Assembly: GCF_006345805.1 (NCBI RefSeq)
Contig: NC_043015.1
Span: forward strand, 8,680,001-8,744,000
Length of the DNA stretch: 64,000 nucleotides
Direction: 5' to 3'
From: Octopus sinensis
Taxonomy: Eukaryota
The position numbers and the translations under genes are program-made. Every line of letters starts with the position of its first letter. Position 1 is the stretch's first letter. This document shows, piece by piece, positions 51,110-64,000 of this stretch. Under the pieces are notes generated by a model, which did no database searches, was not told the origin of the DNA, and was given only the letters and a program-made list of their open reading frames with translations.

Positions 51110-51713
51110 TAATTTTAGAAACGTTTACTACCAGTGGCCTAGAGGGTAGAAAATTTAGTTAATAGAAAATATATTATTCACATAAATACCGTGTACATTT
51201 AAACACATAAGTGGTATCCGTCATAGGATTCCTGGTACGCTAGAAGGAAGAGCCAAAGTCCAAACCACTATTAGGAATAAACACTTCGAAGGGAATCAAA
51301 ATAAACATTTACAATCTGTCACCAGGAACATGGTTTCTGACATTTTTTAGGAAATAAAATAATTTTCTGGCGAAGTGTTCATGAACAGGTACGCTGGGAT
51401 TAAACATATAAGTACGATGCAAACCAGCATGTGCCCCGTGCTTATACATTATAATTTTCAAATCCACGGTGCAAGCGCAACCTTGGACGGCAAATAACTG
51501 CGCTTGCGCCGTGGCTTTGAATACTTATAATGTATAAGCACGGGGCACATGCTGATGTGCATCGTACTTATATGTTTAATCTCGGCGTATCTGCTGATGA
51601 ACACTTCGCCTAGCAAATTATTTTAGTTGCTAAAGTTAGAAACGACGGTCCAAGAAATAGATGGTAAATGTTCTTATTTTTCATTCCATTCGATGTTTTT
51701 ATTTCTAATAGTT
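49432..51713. repeat. complex inverted duplication pivoting on (TA)n; includes a SINE B head (49485-49615) and its inverted and extra copies; possible long-read artefact
   Basis: 49432-49615 is mirrored at 49895-50078, with partial copies at 49675-49800; 50083-50720 is mirrored at 50992-51713, with a partial extra copy at 50788-50940. Confidence 0.85.
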
Positions 51714-51790
51714 GTTTGGAGTTTGGCTGATCCTTCTAGCGTGTCAGGAACCCCATGCCTGATACCTGTTATGTGTTGAATTGTACACTG
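51189..51790. mobile_element. 602-bp fold-back MITE, Tc1/mariner-pogo type
   Basis: Termini TA|CCGTGTACA ... TGTACACTG|TA (TA TSD, CAGTG/CCGT-type ends); the arms span nearly the whole element around a 19-nt loop. Confidence 0.75.
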
Positions 51791-51860
51791 TATTTAATTA
51801 TACATATATATACATATATGTATATATGTATATTTATAAATACACACACACACACACACT

Positions 51861-51908
<48 letters not shown>

Positions 51909-52049
51909 TATCAATTTGGCTACACGTGTGATAATTCGCTTGATCCTCGTAATGATAGTTTCATAATACCATCCCTATGTATGTATATATACATATATAT
52001 GCATGGATGGGTGGATGTTTATGTATGTACATGCGTGTATATATATATT

Positions 52050-52098
<49 letters not shown>

Positions 52099-52422
52099 AT
52101 GTATGGAGATTTACATCCCTATACACAAATACCGTACGTAGCTGCAAGACACACACACATGCACACACATACATAAATATACATACATGCATTATAGGCA
52201 CACACACACGCCCAAGCTGATCGACACGTGCACACAAAGAAAAAAGCGTGAGGAACGGACCGAATCAAAAATAATGAAAAAGAAAAGAGAAATAAGTGGG
52301 AAGTTTGCCGGCGAGTGGGTTAATTTATAAGGCACTAAAAGAAAATGACTCTCCCCGGACACAACAGAAAATGCATCAATACAGGAACTCAAATAAATAA
52401 TCTTGCAAGCCAAATCCAAAAG

Positions 52423-52508
<86 letters not shown>

Positions 52509-53006
52509 AGTTTTTTAAGCAAAATATCCACATGAGAACTGTTACCAGTAGACGAATACCGCAGTAAATTTCCTAATCAACAACGGATTTACATTTACGA
52601 AATTACACATACAATATTTTGATAATGCTTGTATTATATATATATATATATAGGTTTCACGTATCGGGACGGCAATTCACCATAACCATGATGATTTGTG
52701 TTACCATACAACTCTTTCCAGCATGTAGGAGTTTGGTACAACATCCTATTAGTATCCCATTGGATCAACATCCCATAACGCCAAGATGCTTGTGTTTGAC
52801 TTGCATCGCAATTCTGTGATGCTTTGCATCTCCGGTATAGTTTTCATTTTGAAACACTGCTTGACTATAATAGATGATATTTCTTGCTGAACAGCGTCCT
52901 GAATTTGTGTATAAAAACGTATACTGATATTAAGTATGATACTTGGAAACCTACGTTATTTAAGACTTTTTCTATTGCACTTACGTGATATACATACAAA
53001 CACACA

Positions 53007-53065
<59 letters not shown>

Positions 53066-56000
53066 ATGTATATATGTGTATGATACTAGCCGAAACACCT
53101 ATAACTGACTGGGTTGAAAAACTCTGCCAAAATTTTATTACGAATATTGAAAGTTATTCATTTAGATTGTGCTGAACATGTATAAGAAATAGTTGTTAAC
53201 TTCCATGTAGCCGCTAGAGCTGTTTTTATTCTGGCCAATATAGCCATGTGTGCATATACACTTCTGTTCTATGGTCTACATTATTTCAGTCTATAAATGA
53301 AGTACACTTCGCACATATAAGCAAATAAAAGCAAATAACTAGAGAAGTGTGCCCCACCAGATTTGTTTCTTCCTATGCTTTGGGGAAATGGGTATTTTCA
53401 AATGAAAATCTGTACAAATATGCTGATGAGAAATAGGAATGTGATAACTGACCTCCTCCAATCTCATATAATAGAATACGTGAAACGAATGAAAAATGTT
53501 GCAGTAAAGTCTAAGTTACGATGTCTATTCTGAATATATGCTGGAAATAAATCGAATGTGATCTTCTACGATTTCTATTCTGAAGGTAGGTTACGAAAAA
53601 AAGAAAACTGGTCTTCTACAGATATAAATATAGAACTATTGTAAAATAATACTTATTATATAACACTTATAGCAATATGAAGTAACACCTCACACACAAA
53701 CATACATACAAGTCATTTTCTGTGTCGTTAAATTACACATGTGGCATACCTACCATGTTCTGAAATAAAATGAAGAAATATAATAATCCTACAAAATTTA
53801 GGTGCCTTAGGCAGGTTACATATTGTAAATTTGGTTTAATTTGGTTTCCAATAATTCCTCCTCAAAGCGTGCAAACGTGCCCTGAATCATTCAAACGTGC
53901 CTTATAGATTATCTTCCAGAGGTTTGTTACTAGTGGTAAGCTGCCAAGCACCCTGCAGTAGAGGAAGAGAGAAAGTGTGTTAAAGAGAGTGGCCGAAAGA
54001 CAGAATAATTGTACGACAGATGGATAAATTGGCAGCATTTCTTGTTGCAGATTCCATATTTTCAATGGCTTTGTCATACATCGTCGAAAACGGAACGTTT
54101 TGCACAGTTTCCTTTATGGGAAAGGTCCTTTTATCATTCACTATTATTCTGTATTCACTCCCTTCCTTCACTCATTCTCTTTAAATCTCTCGTTTTCCCC
54201 CTCTCTCAGCGCTGTCAATCTCCCCCTCTCTCTCACTCCCTGTTACTTCCTGCTCTTTGCCACTTTGGCTCTCACTTCAACTATATTTCCTCTGCTTCTG
54301 TCTAACTCCTATCTCTCACCTTGGCACCCACTTCAACTATGCTTCCTCTGCTTAACACCTTTTATTTCTCTTAATCTTTGTACCTCTCTTTCAACCTTTT
54401 CAACTCTTCCTTTGAAGTAAGTGTGACGACACTTGCAACAACAAAATATACAACAACTAAAAGTTAGCGTATTAATATTACTGATAATTAAAGGTGATAT
54501 AAATTAGAAACATATAAATGAAAAATATGAATATAATATTTGAATACGCAAATGAGTAAAAAGGAATAAAATTTAACTTCGCCAAATTTTAAACTTAAAT
54601 TTGCAAAACAGTCGAACGCTTTTTTGAAAGTCGAGCGTACAATATTAAGGCAAAATATTTGCCAGCATTTTAATACTAAAGGAAGTCTGAATTTTAAGTA
54701 TAAAAACCATATTTCAAATGCGAACGTAACACAATTTTCGAAACTAAAATATTACCCAAGCGGGTAATTTTAAACCTGGTAGCTTGCCGGAAGGAATTTA
54801 AAAGCTGTCGTCTTTGGTTCAATATATGTTTATCTCGGTACAGAGTGGAAAGCTTCTCAGAGATACAGAAACTGCGTCAATATGCACCATGTTTATATGG
54901 GGCTGCCTTCTCCAAAATTGTTCAGCTGATATTGAGAGGAAGGGCATAATTTTCGTTCATTTACGAGAATATTTTGCAAGACGTGTTCCTGTCCAATTAA
55001 TGAGGTATCGAAAAGAATTGCGGTGGGTATAGAAACTAATCTTGAAGGTATTTTCCGAGGTTCCTGTGTATGTTTTGTATTCTTATTCTTATGAGCCAAC
55101 TCTAAGTGCTTTATCTCTATAAAATATATCTTTCTGAAGACATCTTCATCCTAATGGACTGATCTTTGGAATTTAAATTCTTCTGGTTAAATTCGGCACT
55201 ATCGTTCCTTTTAATGATTACTGTGTTGATTAATTACAGGCAAACATTTTTGCAACAAGAATAGCTAACCTTCAGGATTTCCTATGAAAATTCTACAGAA
55301 CTTATGGCTAGTTTGAAAATGTTTAGATACTAGTTTTAAGAATTTCCTACCTGTGATTGTGTTTACAGCAATGTGAAATGCCTGATTAAACCACAAAATG
55401 TTCCTGCTTCTAGTTCTATGTGTTCGTTTATTGACTGTAATGGATCTTCTCCGAGAATCGATTGTTCCCTAATGCATTATTGTAAAATGGCATGGCACTT
55501 TGAAACGCTGTCTCCTCAGAAAATATGGATAAAATACGCCGTTCTATATAACTAACTAGATTATTAAGAATTACGGTTGGATCATTTGACTCTTTAATAT
55601 AACTTTACATTGGGCTTACGGTAGCGTTTAAATTTATCTTTTTGCTAATTTAATTAATATTTTAAAAATCAACATTGTTAAGATCAATTCCTATCGTAAT
55701 CCGTAAAATCTTTGGAAGAACTTTATAAGATTCTTCCTACGTAAATCTACCGCATGGCCTTTTAATTCACGGGTGATTATAAAACTTTCATCCCTGTATA
55801 ATCTTGCATCTATAAAAGGGTGTTTCAGACACAGTTTATTACAATATATAAGCTCCTATAAGCATACATACATCCGCCCAATCATATGTCCTGTGCCCTT
55901 TGTCACCTAGGTGGAATCATCGTCAAAAGGGAGGTATTTCCTTGCATGCAGGGCAATATCTAAATCTAAGTTATAAATCGCGACATATTGTTTGGCTAAG

Positions 56001-56584
56001 TCTAAAGCCTTAAGATGTAAAAGCCTGAATATTGCGTGGAAAAAAATCGACAATATCGTGCTGCCTAAATCAGCGGTTTCTGGCTAATTCCTTTGAACAG
56101 ATCAGTAACTGACTTACTATTTCTCTAAATCCGTAAATTTAATTCTCTATTTCACTTAGAATAGAATCTAGAATATTTTTGCTAATAGTACCTATTTCAG
56201 TTTTAGATGGCTTAATTGATCTCCATTTAAGGTTTCTCCTCAAGTTAGCGTTGATGTCCTTAATGGTAATAAAGCTTTGGCGTGGGAGGAGGTATAATAT
56301 CGTATCACTAACTTTCAGATTGTTAGCATTCCTTCTTGTATAAATTCCTGCTTATATAATATCGCTTTAGATGAATTCGTGTTATGTATGCTTGTATGTG
56401 TTTGCAATTCTATTCGAAAGAAGTCGTTTGTAAAGATATTTTCCAACCACCTATAGGTTTTCTGCTTCCTCAGAGTTTACGATAATCTTATATTAAAATT
56501 TCTTTTCTTTTATATATATCTCTGGAGCGGATTGCAGGATTTGCGAAATTTTCCTCTGATAAACTCGAAAAGCAACTATATATG

Positions 56585-56634
<50 letters not shown>

Positions 56635-56679
56635 TATATATATAATATATATATATAATATATATATATATCTTATATA

Positions 56680-57000
56680 TTTTACTCGTTTCAGATATTA
56701 GACTGCGTCCAGTAGAATGAATCAGCTCCAGAACTTACCTTTTAAACCTGATACTTATTCTATTATTCTCTTCCGCCGAACCACTACGTTAAGGGGACAC
56801 AAACGCACCAACACAAGTTGTCAAGCGACGGTGAGGGGACAGACACAGACACAAAGACATACACACAGATATAGATACATACATATATAAATGTAAACGA
56901 TGGGCTTCTCTCAGTTTCCCTCCACTTGAACGGATTTGGTCATTCGGAAGTTATAGCAGAAACCACTAGCTGAAGGTGCCACGCAGTGGGATTGGACTCG
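56680..57000 (-). mobile_element. old SINE family B copy
   Basis: Diverged tail, body and CORE (GGTGCCACGCAGTGGGA). Confidence 0.7.
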
Positions 57001-57164
57001 TGTGCGTGTATGTGTGTGTGTGCTTGTGCCTGAGTATGTGTATACGATTGATATACAGATAAATACTTATATGAATGTGTGTATGTTTTGAAGCCACGTA
57101 CCGCCTATATAGGCTTCCAGCAACCCTCTGGAAATACCCCAACTTCACAACCAAACTGACACCT

Positions 57165-57205
<41 letters not shown>

Positions 57206-57384
57206 GTACTCACGTATAATTATTTATATATGCATGTATATATACATGTAGATGTAGGTACGTACATATATGTTTGTATGTATGCATATATTTTTATTTA
57301 TCACATTATTGTCTGACAGCGCCCCGCGTCAGGTTCGTTCCGATTCGTCGTTTCGTTCCACCTCTTGGTTCCGGTTATTTTTAT

Positions 57385-57429
<45 letters not shown>

Positions 57430-58574
57430 AATATACCAATTCAAGTTGACCTATATGACTTCCGACCTTGCTATAGCTTCAGTTACTCCCATTGGAAATT
57501 GTCTTGTGCAGCAGTAGATGTTGTATTCTTTCAGAATGCTAATATAGTTAGGCAACTCCGTGTGATATATGTATATATATATATATGATATTTTCTTTAA
57601 GCTGTCTTCAATTTAAATGCCATTATTTTAGTCGTGAAATGTTGTTCAATTCATTGAAATATATGGAGAATGATTAAGCTTCCATGTTTACCAGTGAGAA
57701 ATACTCCCCACAGTTTATGAATATTTCCCCTTTCCTCTAAACAAAGCAAAATTGATTAGATTGATTAGGGTTTTATTTTTAATGAAATTCAGATTGAAGC
57801 CGTTTCACATGATCTTAAATGCATTCGAAACAGTGAACCTTTGCGCTCGCAAGTATCAGATTTATGCTTGATATCAATGCATCACAATGTCTAAGGAAAT
57901 CCCTTAGAAAACGATTGAAGATACCAGGAAGATTGTCGGTTATGTTAATATCTTGCTTAGTTAACTTCACTTCCCTTTGAAAATACCCCGGAAATAATTT
58001 GAGATTTTAATTGAGGATTTGATCATCTTAACATTTGTACGTTGCGCATATTTTATCCAACACGCCATGTTTATTAATATTCAAAGAATGAAGCGAGAGG
58101 AAATGATATATTTTATTGATGTTGGAACCTTTTAAATAAATCATGTAATATCCATCATCTAATATTTTTGATTGGATGGAATAAAATATTTTATCAGCAT
58201 ATAAGATCAAATTCGATAATTAAACATTAACCAAAAACTGATGGAGACGCAGTTATAAATTTACATGTATTTATATGTAATTTATGTTACATATTTATAA
58301 AATTAGTTATTTTACACTGCATGCTCATAAATCAATTAAATTAAGAAATGTTCAGTAAAATATAAGTGGATTTTGCGTGATATATTTATCAAATAATCCT
58401 TAAAAATAAAAGCAAAAAAGTACATCTGAAAGAGATCAATAAAGAAACAACATAACTAAAGATAACATATCTCACAATATCTGCGAGTATGTAATACTCT
58501 AATGTTTCATTCAATAAAAAGAAACATATAGAATTGAACCCACAATGGTTCTATCAAAAATTTCTACTCCGAAA

Positions 58575-59855
58575 TGTTGTTGTCTATTAAAAGGAAGACA
58601 TTATTTCTGTGGTTTCTTGTTTACTATATCTAGTCCCTTGACAGATGGAATTCAATGCAGTATGAACATTAAGATATGTGCAACGAATGGGGCAAGAGTG
58701 AAGAAATATGAATACATACTCAAATCAAGTGTGGGCATCCTTAAGTACAATAACAATACCTCGGGTGTCGTAAGATATTATGGATTAGTAGTTACCCGAC
58801 TTCACATGTTTTACATCTTCTAGTTTAAAATGCATGATTGAAGCAGAGGTTGCTAATAGAGACATTTAATTATGTACTGATGAGCCAAGGAGGAAGTCTG
58901 ACAGTTTCACACGAGGGAGAGCCATTCTTATTTAAAGATGAACACAAAGCGCACATTCTTGAAAATCCTTAATTTATAAAATATTCCAGAAAATAATTCT
59001 CATATAGAGAAGGTAACAATAAAAACCCAGAAGACAAGAAATGGTGATGCAAAATTTCATATGGCGGTAAAAAGCCATTTTTAATCCATGAGCTAAAGCA
59101 ATAACAAAATGTCTAATGCGGAGCGTTGATTGAGAACTGGAGGGTTTTTCATTGAATTCGTAAAATAAGCACACTGAAAATGCTAGTCGTGAATAAGATG
59201 GCATCAACAATGGGAAAAAAACATTAAACCTGTCATGGGTTGGTGACAAATATGTTTTCCTTCACTGTCATACAAAGGAAAGTTTTTTAGAAGAACTATG
59301 CTCCAAGAGTAACTAGTTCTCCAAGATATTTTTGTCTTCTGTTGAAAGCTTTGATCGACATACTAAACTGAACTGGATGTTGATGCTAATTTTTGTTTTT
59401 ATTTTTATTTTGAAATAAGGATGATCTCATGCTTTCGTCTGCAAAACATGAATATATTGATATATTACTGCAGATAATACCCTAATTTATAAAAGATAAG
59501 AATTGCACCAGAGCTAACTTTAAACAAGACAATTTAATTAAAAAAATCTATCTTAGAAGATGATTAATTAAGATAAGATTATGAAAACAAACGCAGACAC
59601 ACAAATATGGATCTCAATGAACTACTTAATGTACAAAATGCGCAACTGACTGGAATTGATCTGGAAGGAAATCTATAGACGAATAATATTAACAGTTAAA
59701 ACCGATCTAACTAAAAGTTGTAATAGGTATCAGCACTCAAGAAATCTTGGTAAAGGTTACAGTCATAATTTTCTCTAATGCACAGTAAAGGGACTAGATA
59801 TAGTAAACAAGAAACCACAGAAATAATGTATTTTTTGTAATAAACAACAAACATA
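58575..59855. repeat. ~70-bp inverted repeats enclosing ~1.14 kb
   Basis: ACATTATTTCTGTGGTTTCTTGTTTACTATATCTAGTCCCTT (about 58598-58639) vs its exact reverse complement at about 59787-59828, with diverged extension. Confidence 0.8.
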
Positions 59856-62800
59856 ATTAATATTGAAAGAAGAGTATTTTATAAGTGTATTTTACAAGTA
59901 GCAAACTATTACAAAATGTCTACTGTTGGACTACAATAATGTCGGATACGATTCCAAGTAAGACTTATGCAAATGACCATAAAATTTGAGCCGATTTGAA
60001 AAACCTACAAAAACATTTATTTTTACAGAGATGTAAAAATTATAATACAGGGACTAAAATACCTGATGTCTAACAAAGCTTAGAGAAACGTATCACGAAT
60101 CAAGATGTAATTTAAATGTAAAAGAAATTTCGAATTACAAAAATCCATAATAAAATGATTGCCAACTGATGAAAAGTTACAGCAAAGAGTGTTTTGCCGT
60201 TGAGAAATATTGGGCATAAATGTGAGGCAGAAGGCTTCTTGGTAGCAAAGAGAGACCAATGGGACTCTGCCAGAAAACACTAAAAACCTAATATGAGGTA
60301 GAATATGCATAACCTGGAATATCTTTAGGAAGGTGAAATTAAAATGACTCATAACTATACATGATTGGTGACACCTTGCCGTTATAGTAATTGGATTGCA
60401 TCAGTGCGTACATATTTAATTGTCAGCGCGAATAATATATGTTCCATTCGATTAGTTTCAGTATTGATATGTTTCAATGAAATTATTGAATTGCACACCA
60501 CACATGGAAATGAGCATGTTCAACATGTCACGGTCTGGAGGATGAATCAAGGATAATCACTCTAAGGCGGGGTTTATGCTCACCATCTAAGTAATGGGAA
60601 CTTCCATATATTCGTGTTTGAACTAGTCAGCATTATTTGTATGCAAATCATTTGCTGCACTTTTCGTTTGCCTTGGAAAGTTGAAATAACGAGGCAGAAA
60701 TGGAACCTTATTATCTTTCACTCCCTAATTATCTATATTATAGCGTTTCCCGAAATGTTCTGAGTTAATTATACGCTCGAAACAATTTCATTGGTGTAAA
60801 TCTTCTTTCTCTCCTACATACGTTTCAATAAATACACGTGAAAACGCTCGTTATCCGTGGCATCAATGACGCAAAGAAAATATGCTTAAAATGGTATAAT
60901 ATAAAATTTGATCACCTCTTCATACGACATCATAACATTTACTTTTTGCTATAAATTAATTGAATTCAGTGACTGCATCGATATCTGTATTTCTATTGTT
61001 GTTAAGATTCTTTGCTAATGTTCCAATTTGTAAAATCACTTTACGAATAAATGATAAGGGACCTCATACTCTGAGTAGAATATAATGTTTCACACCAATT
61101 GTTAATATTTTACTGCATATAGCTCTTCGGTGCTTCATGTGCCGGAGTTGCAAACATGAATTTTAGACAGAGTTCCATTTATCAGTTTAAGTTATAAAAT
61201 TGACGTGTAGATGCCGTCATTTCGAGATATTGCTTAATTTGTGTCCTTTAGGATATTGTTTCGAAAAAACAACGTGCTTCCGAATTATCGAGCTAAATTT
61301 GTCTGTATTACAGATATAACAATTTAATTCCTTCCATGATACATCTGTTTGTAGACTTCCACCATCTAAAGTTTAACACATTTTTGCGTCATATTTCCTG
61401 TAGATTTACATTTCGACAGGTCTGTTGTATCCTCTAATTAGATAGCATCGTAATATAGAGCGATCATGTATATGATACTTCGAACTTGCAGACACGATAA
61501 GGCGATAAGGAGTGCAATAATCTGTAAATATTTAATAGTAAACAAGCTTGTTCAGCGGGATTTGTTTTCTGTGATTATTTCTAGATAAATTCGAAATACT
61601 TTACTTGTATCAATATTAGATTTAAAAGTGTAAGTGAAGATTATAGCGTTTCCCGAAATATTCTGAATTAATTAAAATTCCTGTCTTTCCCAAAGCAAAT
61701 GTCTCTAGAAATAACTTTTGTTCTGGCTATGAAAATTCCAATTTTTCAATAATAAACATCAAATGGATTTCAATGCAAAAGAATTGACTTTCCTGAAATC
61801 CTGCGGCCGAAGGTCACATCCAGTTTATCTCGCTCCTTTTCCCTTGAAGTTCACACACCATTCAACAGGAGTTAAAGAAAGTAGAAGATCAGTTATCCGG
61901 TAACATTAAAATGGCAAAATTTCTTTCATCTGGAACATTAACATTACTTTGAAAAGTTCATAAGATTTCCGATGCTTTGAATGCTTCAAATCATAATCAT
62001 ATAGCTTAATGTTTCCCATCTATACAAACGTATGGATGGATATTATCACCGATATTTTTTTCAATTATGTAAGATTAAATAAACTTGAAGTTTAGCTTGA
62101 CAGAGAATTTAGTTCATGCCTGCATGCCGTTCTAGCAATGTTTTATGAATGATTTGCAAACGTGCATGTGTCCACAATTAATGTTGTTTTTTTAAGAAAC
62201 AAGTAACAATTAATCAAAATACACCAGGAACAACAATTCGGTAAAGATGGTTCTAGGATTATCGAACTAAGGTTGTTTGAATGAGGCTTCTTAATATATT
62301 AAATATATAGCAATTATACTGATGTACTATTCCATAGTATATCAGTTTGAAGACTTCTAACTTCAATTACAATCGAGGTAAATTTGAGGAAAAGTTTCTT
62401 CAAAAATTCTACTTCTCACATGAATACGCTTCGAACTCTCTCAGGTTCAATAACAAATATTATGCTCATCAATTCTTAATGCAAAATATGATGTAAGAGT
62501 ACCAAATGATGATGAAATACTTGGAACGAAACAGTTTTAAAGAAGTAAGGAGTAAATAATGATGCATCAGAAATTACAAATTTTGATCCCAATTCATGCG
62601 ACTTAGGAGGGCAGTGACAGATTCGTTAATACCGAGAAAACAGTCTCGTAAATGTTGGCTACCAACCCACAAAAGTTCATAGATTCACGTATTGAAAAGT
62701 AACAATGTAGTTTGGCATTCTTTGAATACCCTTTATTCAGTTCAATGCCGAGTTAAATGCAGCACCAAACTGTACGGTCTTGGGCATTTAGGGACGACAG

Positions 62801-62873
62801 GAAGCTGTCAGATTTGATCGACTGAGACGCACTTTCGACGAGTTCATTGCGCTTCCACAACACCACAACATCC

Positions 62874-62999
62874 TTCTTCTTCTTCTTCTTCTTCTTCTTC
62901 TTCTTCTTCTTCTTCTTCTTCTTCTTCTTCTTCTTCTTCTTCTTCTTCTTCTTCTTCTTCTTCTTCTTCTTCTTCTTCTTCTTCTTCTTCTTCTTCTTC
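62874..62999. repeat. pure (CTT)n array; (TATC)n and (TA)n follow at about 63200-63345
   Basis: Directly visible. Confidence 0.95.
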
Positions 63000-63200
63000 C
63001 TTTACACACAAACACAAACACCTTTACACGCAAACACAAACATAAGCATTCAAATACTTAGTGAAAAATATCTGAATAACGATCTTAACAAACACGTTAC
63101 AATACATCTATATATATCTATCTATTTATCTATCTATCTATCTGTCTACATATATATATTTATCTATCTATGTATATCTATGTATCAATCTGTCTCTCTG

Positions 63201-63277
<77 letters not shown>

Positions 63278-63293
63278 ATATCTATCTATTTCT

Positions 63294-63346
<53 letters not shown>

Positions 63347-63734
63347 AATCTGTGTATGTACGTTAGTATGTATCTACGGTGCTTTTAATCCCAACCCCGT
63401 TGTGATTCCAGTATTTTCAGAAACATGACGACGTTAGATTATACGTTTATCTCAAGTATTTCTTCTTTACCAAACACTCACTACAGAGTGGACAAACGAA
63501 AGAAAGTCACTCGATACATTTTTGAGGAGGTACATGTATTGTTAAAAACAGTTTGATACATATTCCGCGCTACTTCAAATATCGAAGCTCTTAACAGGGC
63601 CTCTCCTCACGCCGCTGGAAATTGAAATTGCCACCGAATTCCGATTCAAAATGTTTGGGATAATATTTATGTGTGTGTGTGTATGCGTGCGTGTTTGTGT
63701 ACATATATAACTTTACTTATTTCAATTTCCTTTT

Positions 63735-63835
63735 ACCAAGGCTATAGCAAAAGACATTTGCCAAGGTGTAATGGAGTAAATCTCAAACTGGAACCATGCG
63801 GTTGAGAAACTAAAATCTTACAACACAGTCACGCA
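63735..63835 (-). mobile_element. old SINE family B head fragment
   Basis: CCAAGGCTATAGCAAAAGACATTTGCCAAGGTG...GGAACCATGCGGTTG matches the family B head and CORE in reverse. Confidence 0.6.
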
Positions 63836-64000
63836 CGCGCCCACATGCATATGTAACTTAAATATGATGATCGATTAAATAGATAATATAAGAAGGAAAA
63901 TGTTTTGATAAATAGTAAATTATATAAAGAAAAGAAAACCCATAAAGGAAAGAAAACATGTATAAAGAAAAGGAAACATATTTTATGTTTCAAATTATAG

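Noticed and set aside
60738-61674. 35-bp direct repeat pair ~900 bp apart as possible LTR remnants
   Set aside because: Too short; no TG...CA ends, PBS or PPT.
61845-61905. Micro-exon candidate (QQELKKVEDQLS, CCG|GTAACA)
   Set aside because: Expected by chance in 64 kb; no supporting neighbouring exons.
62785-62875. Protein-like stretch GRQEAVRFDRLRRTFDEFIALP
   Set aside because: It runs into (CTT)n with no donor site and no homology recognised.

Overview
AT-rich, repeat-dominated animal genomic DNA. The two abundant tRNA-derived SINE families, the (TA)n/(GATA)n/(ATT)n/(CTT)n load and the R4/Dong LINE content resemble what I recall of octopus (coleoid cephalopod) genomes; this is an inference, not a database result. 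No complete host gene is recognisable. One candidate first coding exon lies on the minus strand at about 25.25-25.53 kb, and almost all other ORF-track entries are microsatellite artefacts. Recognisable content: many SINE copies; decayed R4/Dong, Tx1/L1 and Penelope-like retroelements; Tc1 and IS630-like transposase relics; a Helitron helicase relic; two non-autonomous Helitrons; and MITE-like fold-back elements. Most notable unexplained structure: (1) two type-I hammerhead-ribozyme-like motifs on the minus strand (30542-30616 near-intact, 21008-21058 decayed); (2) a ~550-bp element with apparently fixed ends, present twice beside (ATT)n, alongside a nest of Dong fragments in the same microsatellite type; (3) at least 13 local inverted duplications, including a 301-bp near-perfect palindrome; (4) a 2.3-kb fold-back rearrangement pivoting on (TA)n (49.4-51.7 kb) whose error profile suggests a long-read artefact. 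All translations, alignments and coordinates were done by eye, so element ends are approximate.
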